Source: an uncultured Mycobacterium sp. (GTDB taxonomy: Bacteria; Actinomycetota; Actinomycetes; Mycobacteriales; Mycobacteriaceae). From it: a DNA stretch of 41,528 bases. Below, one piece after another: positions 20,235-30,458 of this stretch; positions within the stretch are counted from its first letter, which is position 1, and each line of letters opens with the position of its first letter. Under the pieces are notes generated by a model, which made no database searches, was not told the origin of the DNA, and was given only the letters and a program-made list of their open reading frames with translations. The DNA is taken from assembly GCF_964249325.1 (NCBI RefSeq), contig NZ_CAXUCH010000012.1:1-41528 (forward strand), written 5' to 3'. The position numbers were made by a program, and so were the translations under genes.

Positions 20235-20852
20235 ATGGCAGGTCAGGGCCAGCGCGTTCGGCGTGGCAGTGCTCCGGGATTGCTCGAGGCGGCCGCCCGG
20301 GAGGTGTTCGCCGAACGCGGTTACGCCGCCACCACCCGCGAAATCGCTTCGCGTGCAGGGGTTTCGCACGATCTGATTTTCCGGTACTTCGACAGCAAGG
20401 AAAAGCTGTTCTTTGAAGCCGTTGTGACGCCCCTGCTCGATGCGGTCGCGGGGTTGCACCGAGACTGGCTTGACGACCCCGCTTTGACCGCGATGGATCA
20501 CGATCAGGTGATTCGGCGGTTCACCACCACGTTCTACCGGTTCATCGCATCGAATCAGTCGATTGCCCGGGCGATGGTGCACGTGTTCGCCGACGAGTCA
20601 TCAGGTGATGAGCTCGACCGTGTGCGTGACCAAATCAGCGCAACTTTGCAGCCAATGGTGGCGCCGATGGAACGGTACCTGGCCGCGCAGGGTTTGCGGC
20701 ACTCGTCGCCAGGGCTGCAGCTGCGGCTGCTGATGTTGTTCATCGGTGTCTCGGCGACGTTTCTGCGTAACACCTATCGCTGCGATGACGAGGTACCTGG
20801 CGCCGGCGAGATCATCGAGGAGTTGTCACTGCTCATCTCGACCGGGTTGTAA
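20235..20852 (+). CDS. TetR/AcrR family regulator
   Basis: HTH: AAREVFAERGYAATTREIASRAGVSHDLIFRYFDSKEKLF. Confidence 0.9.
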   Translation: MAGQGQRVRRGSAPGLLEAAAREVFAERGYAATTREIASRAGVSHDLIFRYFDSKEKLFFEAVVTPLLDAVAGLHRDWLDDPALTAMDHDQVIRRFTTTFYRFIASNQSIARAMVHVFADESSGDELDRVRDQISATLQPMVAPMERYLAAQGLRHSSPGLQLRLLMLFIGVSATFLRNTYRCDDEVPGAGEIIEELSLLISTGL

Positions 20853-21039
20853 AGCCCAGTTCGCACGCGACGGCGGTAGCGCCGGCCGTTCGCGAGTTTC
20901 CCTTCCCGTTATGTAATCGGCGTATCTTCTGGTTGTGGTGACCACCCACGCTAGATGCAGTGACCGATCGCCTCTTGTTCGTTTCGATTCGACTTATTGC
21001 AGTGCAACAAGACGATCAGGCGCTTGACGACCCGTTGCT

Positions 21040-21630
21040 TCACTGCACCACCGCCCGAAGCGCGGCGAACTCCTGCCGGATCCAATCGTCTAGTCCTTGA
21101 TTGGGGCCGGCCAACCACTGGTTGAGGGCTCGCTCGACGAGCAGCAACCCGACCGCCGCCAGCAGTCGGCACTCGCTGTCAGCAGTGGGCAGTCCGCGCC
21201 GCTGCGCGATCACCCTGGCGATGGTCTCCGCGTTGGCTTCGTGGTTCCTCCGCTCGCGACCAACCAAGGTCAGCGATGACTGGACCGCTTCGTGGTACTG
21301 CGCGATTCTGCTTCGGATGCGCTTGAGCCCCGGTGCCACCAAGGCAAACGAGTTCGCCATCGCTTCGTAGTCCGAAAGTTCCTCGGGCTGGGCTAGGTAC
21401 ACCCCGCTTACGGCATTGATGAAGTCGTACTCGCCAAAGAACAGCACCGACTCCTTGGTCGGAAAGTATCGGAAAAAGGTCCGCGGGGAGACGCCGGCGT
21501 TCTCGGCAATCTGGTCGGTGGTGGTGGCGTCGTAGCCGTTGGTGCTGAAGAGATTCATCGCCGCCTCGATGAGCCGCTTACGGACTTTGTCGGCGTGTTC
21601 GTTTCGCGGTGAGCGGTCGCCACGCGCCAT
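21040..21630 (-). CDS. TetR family regulator (cassette A, intact)
   Basis: TTDQIAENAGVSPRTFFRYFPTKE HTH; GAGGAGG RBS. Confidence 0.93.
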   Translation of the reverse strand: MARGDRSPRNEHADKVRKRLIEAAMNLFSTNGYDATTTDQIAENAGVSPRTFFRYFPTKESVLFFGEYDFINAVSGVYLAQPEELSDYEAMANSFALVAPGLKRIRSRIAQYHEAVQSSLTLVGRERRNHEANAETIARVIAQRRGLPTADSECRLLAAVGLLLVERALNQWLAGPNQGLDDWIRQEFAALRAVVQ

Positions 21631-21741
21631 GGCCTACACCTCCTCGGCTAACTCGGGGTTGGCCCGACCCTACAGCGATCGCGCGGGTCGCGTGGATCGT
21701 TGACAGCCGCTTGGTCAACCCACGATGCTTGTCTACAAGTA

Positions 21742-21757
21742 TGGCAGGTTGCTGTCA
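21742..21757. promoter_or_regulatory. Degenerate TGACAG-N4-CTGTCA operator
   Basis: TGGCAGGTTGCTGTCA, in the tetR/P450 divergent gap, as is the 34752 site. Confidence 0.55.
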
Positions 21758-21774
21758 GTGAGCAGAAATTATCC

Positions 21775-22275
21775 ATGGCAGAGCTCGACCTTGATGCCCG
21801 TGTGCATATCAACGATCTGCCCTTTGCCACCGACCGAAATCGGCCATGGCGAGAACTGCGTGCAGCGGGGAAGCGGTGATCCCGGCGATGAGGTCGTGTT
21901 GACCGGCGCGGCGGCGGTTGAATTCGCTTGCAAGAAGCCCGAGATCTTCTCGTCTGCAAAGGCTTTCGACCGGCTGGGCAGCCCCGTGCCACTTGTGCCA
22001 ATCGCGATCGATCCACCCGACCACACCCGGTTTCGCCGCCTGCTGCATCCATTGTTCAGTCCGAAGAAGATGGCCGAGTATGAACCCGAATTGCCCAGGC
22101 AGGCAGGCGAGCTCATCGATGCGATAGTTGAGCGGGGAGAGTGCAACATCTTCACCGATCTCGCCACACCATTTCCGTCTCAGGTGTTTTGACCCTGTTC
22201 GGGTTACGACTATCCGACCGAGACAGGCTGGTGGCGTGGAAGGATGCGATATCGGAGTTCACCCACCCGGGCAGC
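21775..22275 (+). pseudogene. Cytochrome P450 5' remnant (paralog of 34813..35991)
   Basis: INDLPF...WRELR, SSAKAFD, DPPDHTRFRR and PFPSQVF; frameshifts near 21870 and 22190; homology ends at about 22275. Confidence 0.9.
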
Positions 22276-22355
22276 ACCTGCATGCTGGTTGGCAGGTAAA
22301 CAGCGAATCAGATCGTCGCCGCGCGCATTGGCATCGTCATTTGTCAGCGTCAAAT

Positions 22356-22381
22356 AATAATGACAGTATACTGTCATTATT
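22356..22381. promoter_or_regulatory. TetR-type operator, 26-bp perfect palindrome
   Basis: AATAATGACAGTATACTGTCATTATT. Confidence 0.85.
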
Positions 22382-22421
22382 GCTTCGTTGCAGCGGCTCG
22401 TTTGAAAGGCGTGGATTTCCA

Positions 22422-22536
22422 ATGGCACCGCAGATCGTCGTTGTGCTAACCAATGCCATCGACGGCCAAGACGATCGATCTGAGCTCGATCATTGCGACA
22501 AGGTGGACTCCGTGCGGCGACCGGGTGAGGCCATAG
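22422..22536 (+). pseudogene. Internally deleted paralog of 38773..39138
   Basis: MAPQIVVVLTNAIDGQDD versus MAQDIFIVLTNPIEGQDE; 3' end tggactcc...tag also matches; 115 nt versus 366 nt. Confidence 0.8.
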
Positions 22537-22755
22537 TGGGTGAACTGCCGGCGGTCCTGCATTATCAGCACGCGTGCCAGCGACCAACCCTAAGGGCACA
22601 ACCGTGGACGGCGGCGTCGCCCATGCAGGCTGCCGGACACGCCCGCTCCGACGGCGGCGGTGCGGCTGGGCGCATCGACCGGCAAGCGGTCGCCGCCGCG
22701 GCGCCGTCCAGCTGTTGGAGTTCGGCTTTCGCGCGCAGTTGGCAAACCGTGGTGA
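22536..22755 (+). pseudogene. Internally deleted nitroreductase (paralog of 39138..39746)
   Basis: 5' end (gtgggtgaactg...gcgtgcc) and 3' end (cagttggcaaaccgtggtga) align with copy B; 220 nt versus 609 nt. Confidence 0.75.
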
Positions 22756-22783
22756 GAGCAGCAATGGGTATGGGGGGTGGCCA

Positions 22784-24937
22784 ATGCCGTTGGCGATAAC
22801 CGAAGACCACCGCGCGCTGGCTGAGGTCGCCAAGGCGTTGGTTGCGGGTCGCGCCGGCCTCGCCGGAGCCCGGCGCATGCTGCTGGCCCCTGCTGTCCAG
22901 GGCCGATGGTGGGACGACGACGAGCTGTGGAAGGAGATGGTCTCCACCGGATGGTTGGGCCTGCACATCGACCGGCAATTCGGTGGCGAGGGATACGGAC
23001 TGGCGGAGCTGGCCATTGTGCTGGAACAACTCGGCCGGGCCGCGATCGGTGGGCCGTTTCTTCCGACGGTTGCGGTCTCCGCGGTGATCTCCGCACTGGG
23101 AACCGATTCGCAGCGCCAGCGCTGGCTGCCGGGCCTCGCCTCGGGCGACGTCGTCGCCGGTATCGGCGTGACCAGCGCTGCCAGGGTCTCGGACTCGCGG
23201 GTCGACGCTCACGGGATCGCGGCACTGTCCGAACCCGGCGCCGACCTCTTCGCGGTGCAGGCGGGAGACGACCTTGTGCTCGTCGAGGCAGGCGATGCGC
23301 TGACAACCCAAACCATTGAGTCCGTGGATCAGCTGATGAGACCGATCACAGTGCTGAAGCTGGACTCGGCGCCGGTGGCCGACGTCTTTTCGGGTGGCGC
23401 GTCCTTCGCCGCAGCCACCGTTGGGCTGCTGGCCGCCGCCGAGGCAGTAGGCGGTCTTGGAGCCTGCACCGAGATGGCGACTGCGTATGCGGCGACACGA
23501 GAACAGTTCGGCCGTCCAATCGGCGCGTTTCAGGCCATCAAGCACCATTGCGCCAACATGTTGGTCGACACCGAACTAGCGTCCGCGGTCACCTGGGATG
23601 CTGCCCGCGCCAATGGATCCGAGGCCCTGCTGGCCGCGACGATGGCCGCGGCGCAGGTGCTGCCGGCCTACCAGCGGGTGGCCTTGCAGAACATTCAGGT
23701 GCACGGCGCCATCGGTTACACCTGGGAGCACGATGCCCACCTGTATTTGAGGCGCGCTACCGTGTTGCTGGCCTTCGCTGGCGCTCAGGAGGCGCTGCAT
23801 GAAAAGGTGATCCGACTGCGCAGGCAAGGACTGACCCGCAGCAAAACCGTGGATCTGCCGGCTGGCAACGAACACTACCGGCAGGCGGCCGAGAAGTTCC
23901 GCGCCGCGGTCGCCGGCACCAGTCCCGCTGCGCGGCAAAAGCTTTGGGCGCGCAGCGGATATCTACAGCCGCATTGGCCGCCGCCGTACGGCCGGGGCGC
24001 CAGCCCGGTCGAGCAGCTCATCATCGAGCAGGTATTAGACGGGCTGGAAAAGCCAAACCTCGGACTGGGGGAGTGGGTGGTGCCCACGTTGCTCCAGCAC
24101 GGCACCGATGAGCAGATCGAACGACTGGTGTGGCCCAGCCTCGAAGGCGAGCTGCGCTGGTGTCAGCTGTTTAGCGAACCCGGCGCCGGCTCCGACGCGG
24201 CGGCGGTCGCCAGCAAGGCAAAACGCGTGGACGGCGGCTGGTCGGTCACCGGCCAAAAGGTGTGGACCAGCGACGCGATGGCTTGCCAGCGCGGCCTGGC
24301 CACCGTACGCACCGATCCGAGCGCGCCCAAACACCAGGGCATTACCACCATGGTCATCGACCTCACCCATCCCGGCGTACGCATCCGGCCGCTGACCGAG
24401 ATCACCGGCGAAACGTTGTTCAACGAAGTGTTTTTCGATGACGTTTTCGTGCCCGACGAGAACGTCATCGGTGTGGTGAACGGGGGGTGGAAAGTCGCGA
24501 TTGCCACGCTGGGCAACGAGCGCGTGTCGATCGGTGGGGGATCGGTGACGATGGTCGCCGATGAGTTGCTCGAGTTGCTCGCACGCCACCGGCCTGATGA
24601 TGTCGGCTTCGCACGCGAGGCCGGTGCGCTCCTCGTGGAGGCCTATGCGCTGGCTGCGCTGAACGTTCGGCAAGCGGCGCGAGCGGTGTTCGATGCCGGC
24701 CCCGGGGTCGAGGGCAACATCGCCAAACTGTTCGGCGCCGAACATGCCCAACGGGTGACAGAGCTGGCCGTGCGCATCGCCGGACCTCAGCTGTTGATCG
24801 GCGGCGACCCAGAAGTGTTACACGACTACCTTTTCAGCCGGTGCCTGACCATCGCGGGGGGAACGTCGGAGGTGCTCCGCAACCTCATTGCCGAGCGCAT
24901 TCTCGGACTTCCGCGCGAACCGACGCCCACGAAGTAG
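22784..24937 (+). CDS. Two-domain fused acyl-CoA dehydrogenase (FadE34-like architecture)
   Basis: N-half has REQFGRPIGAFQAIKH and HGAIGYTWEH; C-half has WCQLFSEPGAGSD and TIAGGTSEVLRN; 717 aa. Confidence 0.93.
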   Translation: MPLAITEDHRALAEVAKALVAGRAGLAGARRMLLAPAVQGRWWDDDELWKEMVSTGWLGLHIDRQFGGEGYGLAELAIVLEQLGRAAIGGPFLPTVAVSAVISALGTDSQRQRWLPGLASGDVVAGIGVTSAARVSDSRVDAHGIAALSEPGADLFAVQAGDDLVLVEAGDALTTQTIESVDQLMRPITVLKLDSAPVADVFSGGASFAAATVGLLAAAEAVGGLGACTEMATAYAATREQFGRPIGAFQAIKHHCANMLVDTELASAVTWDAARANGSEALLAATMAAAQVLPAYQRVALQNIQVHGAIGYTWEHDAHLYLRRATVLLAFAGAQEALHEKVIRLRRQGLTRSKTVDLPAGNEHYRQAAEKFRAAVAGTSPAARQKLWARSGYLQPHWPPPYGRGASPVEQLIIEQVLDGLEKPNLGLGEWVVPTLLQHGTDEQIERLVWPSLEGELRWCQLFSEPGAGSDAAAVASKAKRVDGGWSVTGQKVWTSDAMACQRGLATVRTDPSAPKHQGITTMVIDLTHPGVRIRPLTEITGETLFNEVFFDDVFVPDENVIGVVNGGWKVAIATLGNERVSIGGGSVTMVADELLELLARHRPDDVGFAREAGALLVEAYALAALNVRQAARAVFDAGPGVEGNIAKLFGAEHAQRVTELAVRIAGPQLLIGGDPEVLHDYLFSRCLTIAGGTSEVLRNLIAERILGLPREPTPTK

Positions 24938-24954
24938 AACGGAGAGTTACTGAA

Positions 24955-26091
24955 ATGGTGTGTGCTGTTGTAGGCATTGGCCGCACCCCGTATTCGCGGC
25001 GATCTGGTCGCACAACCCGCGCGATGGCGGTCGATGCGTGCCGCGACGCGCTGGCCGACGCCGGAATGACGCCGGCCGACGTCGACGGCATCTGCACCTA
25101 CATGGCAAATGACTCCGAGCAGCCGATCTACGTCGGATGGGCGCTGGGTATCGACGAATTACGTTGGGCCAACGCGATGTACGGTGGCGGGAACCTGGTT
25201 GCCGACCAGATCGCCACAGCAGCTGCGGTAATCGAAGCCGGCATGTGCCGGGCGGTCTTGGTGTATCGGTCGCTTAACGGCCGATCGGGCTACCGGTTCG
25301 GCCACATCGAGGGCCCGATGCAGGTCCACCACGATGGCCAGTTCGACACCGCCTCGGGATTCATGGTTCCACCGCAGTGGTTCGCCATGTGGGCTCGCCG
25401 CCACCAGCATGAGTATGGTTCCACCTGTGAGGATCTCGGCCAGATCGCCATCACCCAGCGCGCCCACGCCGGCCCCAATGAGCATGCCTTACGCCGCGAA
25501 CCGTTGACGATGGACGACTATTTGGCAGCTCGATGGATCAACGAACCGTTCCGGGTGCTTGACTGCACTTCAGAGGTTGACGGCGCGGTCGCGATCCTGA
25601 TCGCTGGGGAGGACGTCGCCCGTGACGGCCGGCAGCCGCCGGTGTGGCTGGTCGGGTCGTCGAACTCGCAGAGCGGCGCAGGGTGGACGCAGTGGGACGA
25701 TCCGACCGAAATGTATTCGCGAACGGCGGGTCCGAGGATATGGGAGCGGACTGGGCTAAGGCCAGCGGATATGGATGTCGCCTGCATGTATGACTGTTTC
25801 ACCTACACCGTGATGGCGACCATGGAGGGCTTCGGCTTTTGCGAGAAGGGTGAAGTCGGCAAATTCTTCTCGACTGGCCGCGCCACCTATGGCGGTGATG
25901 TAGTGGTCAACCCGCACGGCGGATTGTTGTCGGAAGGCTATATCCACGGATTGAACCACCACTACGAAGCGGCGCTGCAACTGCGTCACGCCGCCGGGGT
26001 CCGCCAAGTCGACGATGCGCAGCTGGCGCTGGTCACCGCAGGCGGCGGCCCGTTCGGCGGCGCCAACATCTATAGCCGGGAGAAGCCGTGA
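24955..26091 (+). CDS. Thiolase-fold lipid-transfer protein (Ltp2-like putative retro-aldolase)
   Basis: YDCF and NPHGGLLSEGYIHG motifs; no Cys at the thiolase nucleophile position (YGGGN). Confidence 0.88.
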   Translation: MVCAVVGIGRTPYSRRSGRTTRAMAVDACRDALADAGMTPADVDGICTYMANDSEQPIYVGWALGIDELRWANAMYGGGNLVADQIATAAAVIEAGMCRAVLVYRSLNGRSGYRFGHIEGPMQVHHDGQFDTASGFMVPPQWFAMWARRHQHEYGSTCEDLGQIAITQRAHAGPNEHALRREPLTMDDYLAARWINEPFRVLDCTSEVDGAVAILIAGEDVARDGRQPPVWLVGSSNSQSGAGWTQWDDPTEMYSRTAGPRIWERTGLRPADMDVACMYDCFTYTVMATMEGFGFCEKGEVGKFFSTGRATYGGDVVVNPHGGLLSEGYIHGLNHHYEAALQLRHAAGVRQVDDAQLALVTAGGGPFGGANIYSREKP

Positions 26092-26501
26092 CCGATCCTG
26101 CAAGGCTGCCGCCGGTTCCGGTACCCGACGCCGACTCCGCTCCCTATTGGGAGGGACTCAAGCAAGGCAAGTTGATGCTTTGCCGGTGCGACGACACCGG
26201 CAAATGGATCCACCCCCCGCTGGAGAGGAGCCGATTCACCGGCGGTCGTGTGCATTTTGAACCGGTAAGCGGCAAGGGCACGGTCTACAGTTTCATCGTG
26301 GTTCGCCAGGCGCTGGTGCCCGGACGGGTTGCCCCCTATGTCGTGGGCCTCATCGAACTGGATGAGCAGCCCGGGCTGCGGATCAATGCCGTCATAGATT
26401 GTGATCCCGCGGAGGTTCGGATCGGGCAGCGAGTTGCGCTGCGGATCGTCGAGCTGGGCAACAGCGGTTACCGTATGCCGGAATTCGTGCTCGACGGTTG
26501 A
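26088..26501 (+). CDS. DUF35/ChsH2-type Zn-ribbon/OB-fold protein (cassette A)
   Basis: PYWEGL, SGKGTVYSF and PYVVGLIELDEQPG motifs; GTGA overlap. Confidence 0.92.
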   Translation: MTDPARLPPVPVPDADSAPYWEGLKQGKLMLCRCDDTGKWIHPPLERSRFTGGRVHFEPVSGKGTVYSFIVVRQALVPGRVAPYVVGLIELDEQPGLRINAVIDCDPAEVRIGQRVALRIVELGNSGYRMPEFVLDG

Positions 26502-27230
26502 TGCCAGCCCGTTATCCCGGCACCGCCATAGACCCCGGCGCTGGCAGCCGTCTTCCGATCCATTGTCGCGCGCTGTTCGTCGTTAGTATTCGCCAACGCG
26601 GACTTTTAGGGAATCCGCCATTCAGCCGATTTTAGCCGTAGTTGCCGCAGGTAGATGACACGACTTTGAGACGAACTGCAGATCACATCGCGTCAAACTG
26701 TATGCCTTTCCCGGAGCACGCGGCCTAACAGCATCGACCTTGAGAACCGGCATGTTTGCTGTATGTTCTTGTCGAAAGTGTCCGGATTTTCCGGCTCTGA
26801 GAGACACTGGCTGTCCGCAATTTCGGTGAGAATCACGTTGGTCGAGATGGCCGCCGGTGGCGGATGGCGGACCAGATCGACCGCTTCATGGGGCCGGTCA
26901 GCCAATCTGGTACCACCGCTTGCCGACCGCACGAAACACGTTGGGGGAGAAGCGGTTATGGCCGCCGGTGACCTCGAGATACGGATCGGTGGGGCATTTC
27001 ACTTCCTCGGCTCAGGCCGACCGTGCGGTGACCCAGATCGTCGTCGACGGGGCATTCTCGCCAAGGCCGCGGAATTGATGGCCTGGGACGGCCCGCAATC
27101 GCATTGAACCGGATAGCGTCATCTCCGCGCCGATAGCTCGGGAAGAGTCCGCGAACACGCTTGCTGTACGGACAACATCGCGTGCTTTCACACCAAACGC
27201 TTCCACACCCAAAGTCGTTGCGCACTAGTC

Positions 27231-27830
27231 TTACCCAGCGCTAGGTGCTGTCTCCTCGCTTTCTGGCTGACCGTCCATGAAGGCCGTGTTGCCTCGATCC
27301 TCCTGCTCCCCAGTTATTTTCGCGGTCTGCCAAGAGATTGCCCTTGCGGTGACGGTGCTTACTTCTGTCGCACGGGTACGGGCGCGGGACACGACGTCAT
27401 CCACTATGATGGCTTTGGTCGCAGCGCTCAGGCTCCTTGCACCTGAGGACAGCGCTTGGTGGATCTCGTCGTTGGCTTGGCGGTCGATCTCGTCGAGCTC
27501 ATGGCGCATCGTAATGAGCAGCCGGGCAACCTCTTCCGCGGCATCGGCCATGGTTAGGTATTCGTGGGCATGGCGCGTCACCGTTTCGGCGTTGTGGCGG
27601 CACTCCTGCACGAACCCGCTGACCATCCACCCCGGCTGGTCCTTAGCGGCCACACTCTCGCCGACACGCTGGATCACGTCGGCACTAGACAGTAACTCGT
27701 GGGCTTTTTCGCGAAACGCTGACGCAGATTCGGCCCAGGACTGTGGGTCGGTGGCCGGCCACAAACCGCCAAGAATAACCGCTGAATACGGCCGCGTCGG
27801 CATCTCGGCCGGCGCACCCCCGTCTACCAC
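27231..27830 (-). CDS. Helical protein resembling N-terminal domains of type VII secretion substrates (Rv2082/EspK-like), possibly truncated
   Basis: P..YSAVILGGLWP..D start followed by long amphipathic helices. Start uncertain (27803, 27830 or 27878). Confidence 0.55.
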   Translation of the reverse strand: MVDGGAPAEMPTRPYSAVILGGLWPATDPQSWAESASAFREKAHELLSSADVIQRVGESVAAKDQPGWMVSGFVQECRHNAETVTRHAHEYLTMADAAEEVARLLITMRHELDEIDRQANDEIHQALSSGARSLSAATKAIIVDDVVSRARTRATEVSTVTARAISWQTAKITGEQEDRGNTAFMDGQPESEETAPSAG

Positions 27831-29090
27831 GACACGCCCTTTATTTGGTTCATTCGTCAACGCTAACCCGTGCGCCAACGCCCTTGATCCGCTTTTTTAG
27901 GGTTGGCCGGAGGGTTACCACACCAGTGGTATCTCAGATATGGCCCCTCGCTGTGACTTTCGCCACAAGGAGCGCTGTCGTAGTGGTGGGTATCATGTCG
28001 CGCATCGATGACGGCTTCACGCTTCCGCATAGTGGACGCAATGGCTGCGCCGCGAAACATGCTGCAGCGTAGGGGCGTAGGGCTTGCGCCCAGCCGGTCC
28101 ACGGTGGCGCGTCAAGGTGCCTGAGCATCGTGGTTGGGACCGCTGTGGTGCGGTGCGTTCTGCTTCAATCGAAATTCATTGATTACCACGCTTTTCGTAG
28201 CCAGCCAGGGCGATCGCGCGAAGTATGGTGTGCGGCACATGTCAGAAGGCAATGCAAAGCGTGCGGGTGCAGCGATAAGGCTGTGTCCGCCAAAATGTCG
28301 GCGGTGATAGTCACTGATCATCTTAGAGCGCCAGCTTGTTGAAGGCCACGCTGGCATCCGGCCCGGCTCGTCGAGAGGGCGCGCCCGCCGCTTCATTGCG
28401 GCATTACGCCCTGCAATGGGGCCGCCGAGGTCGTTCAGGGGCGGCAAACGCCGCCGGTGGATGAGCAAGGCCGTTCGGCGTCCCAACGGTGTGCCGGCTG
28501 GTTACGCCTCGCGGTACAGTCGAGGAGCCCCGGATCGCCGCGCCTGGCTGCCAACAGCATGCCCCGGTGAACACGGGCGCCGACCCACATGTTGTCGGCG
28601 CGGCGAGCGGTATGGGGTCGGTGCGACTGCATGGAGCACCGTTGCGCTCGCGAGTGATCACGGGCGCTGATCGCGCAGGCGGCGATCGCCTCGGTATCAC
28701 CTGGGGCCTGGCTGAGGAGTACGGTGCCGCAGGGCTGGCTGAATCACATGGTGCCGCCCCAGGTGTACCGATCGCCGCGACCGTTGCCGCCGACAGCGGC
28801 GATCGCCAAGTCATACCGGCCATGGGTCAGCGCACGCCGAAAACATGGCCTATCAACCAGACCGCTGTCGATAGGCGCTGCCACGATGATGGCTCCGCTC
28901 TTGGTGGCGCCGCCAGTGCGAACTGCCGCAGCGCGCAATGAATCGCACCTTGCTAGAGGCGATCGGTCGGCACGATGCAAGAAACGCTGCGATGCAACAT
29001 ACGCCGCAGAGGTCGCGGCAGCCCTACCGATCCCCGTGGGCACCCGCGAAAAGTCGCCCGCCGCGCGCGTCTGCGCGACACAATCTGCCT

Positions 29091-30389
29091 ATGCACACCT
29101 CTGACGACAGCGGCCACTCCATCGTGATCGGTGTAGACGCCCACAAACGAACCCACACGCTGGTGGCCGTCGATGCCGGCGGCCGCGAGCTCGGCGAAAA
29201 GACGGTCGAGGCGACGACCGCCGGCCACCTTGCCGCTCTGCGCTGGGCGAACAGCGAGTTCGGCACCGATATTGTTTGGGCCGTGGAGGATTCGCGAGGC
29301 CTGACCGCACGGCTGGAAAGCGACCTGCTCAACGCTGGGCAGCGGGTGATCCGGGTGCCGACCCAGCTGGTGGCCCGCACCCGCAAGACGGCGCGCAGCT
29401 GGGGCAAATCCGACCCCATCGACGCGCTGGCGGCGGCGCTGGCCGCCCTGCGCGAACCGGACCTTCCCATCGCCAGCCACACCCCGTGGACACGGGACTT
29501 GAAGTTGCTCGTTGACCGCCGCGACGACCTCGTGCAGGATCGCACGGCCATGATGCAGCGGTTGTTGTGGCGGGTACACGAAATCGACCCGACGCACCGG
29601 ATCAGCTCGGGCGCACTGGCGTGGCGAAAGCAGCAAGCCCTGCTCGCGGCATGGCTGGCGGGCCGAAAAGGTCTTGTGGCCGAGCTCGCCCGCGACGAGC
29701 TCGCCGACATCATTCACCTGACGTCGGCGATCAACGCACTCGAGACGCGGATGGCGGCCCAGGTGCGAGCCGCTGCGCCGTCACTGTTGGCGCTGTATGG
29801 CTGCTCCACCCTCACCGCGGCCCGCATCATCTGGGAGTGCGCGGACGTTAACCGCTTCAAAAGCGAAGCGGCGTTCGCGCGCTTTGCCGGGTTGGCCCCG
29901 ATCCCGTACTGGTCCGGGCCGCCCCGCGGCCGCATGCGATCCCATCCCGGCGGCAACCGGCAACTCAACGCCGCGCTGCACCAAATCGCGATGATCCAAA
30001 TCAAAAAGGGCGCACCTGCCGAAGCGTATTACCGTCGCCGACGTGCGGTGGAAAACTCTCACCACTACGCCATCCACGGCGTTAAACGGCGCATCGCCAG
30101 AACGGTTTTCGCCCGGCTGCGCGCAGACCGCGATCGTGCCCCCGTCGCCGTTGTGTTCGCCGACCTCGACCGCCGCGCCGACGAATGGGCTAAATCCATC
30201 GACGAGGTCGAGCGCCGAGCCGACGAACGGGCTAAACGGGGCAGCGCCCCGGCGCCACGAAAAGTCTTGCGAGCTAAAGGGCGCCGACGTGCTTCTGCGG
30301 CAACGGCCTCGATATCACGGACACTGGCCCAACTCGATCGTCGCGCTGACGAATGGGCCGCTGTGCTCGACCGGATGGGCGTGTCTTAA
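29091..30389 (+). mobile_element. IS110-family DEDD recombinase/transposase with C-terminal extension
   Basis: IGVDAHK (D), WAVED (E), KSDPIDA (DD), GLAPIPYWSG (catalytic Ser) and GNRQLNAALH. Element ends not defined. Confidence 0.93.
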
Positions 30390-30458
30390 AGGCGTTGTGG
30401 CCCAGATTTTTACCCGGGTCGCGAGTATCGGCCCCGGCCGAAGGCGGGTACCGGGAGG

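Noticed and set aside
26958-27220. RBS-preceded ORF fragment MAAGDLEIRIGG as an ESX ATPase relic
   Set aside because: No diagnostic motif; needs BLASTX.
28520-28830. NlpC/P60 remnant (YTWGG; GLLDC) on the minus strand
   Set aside because: The two motifs are about 200 nt apart, whereas they are adjacent in real NlpC/P60 domains.
30411-30450. Nested hairpin (TACCCG..TCGGCC-CC-GGCCGA..CGGGTA) as a terminator or IS end
   Set aside because: Short GC stems with no U-tract on either strand; cannot be distinguished from chance.
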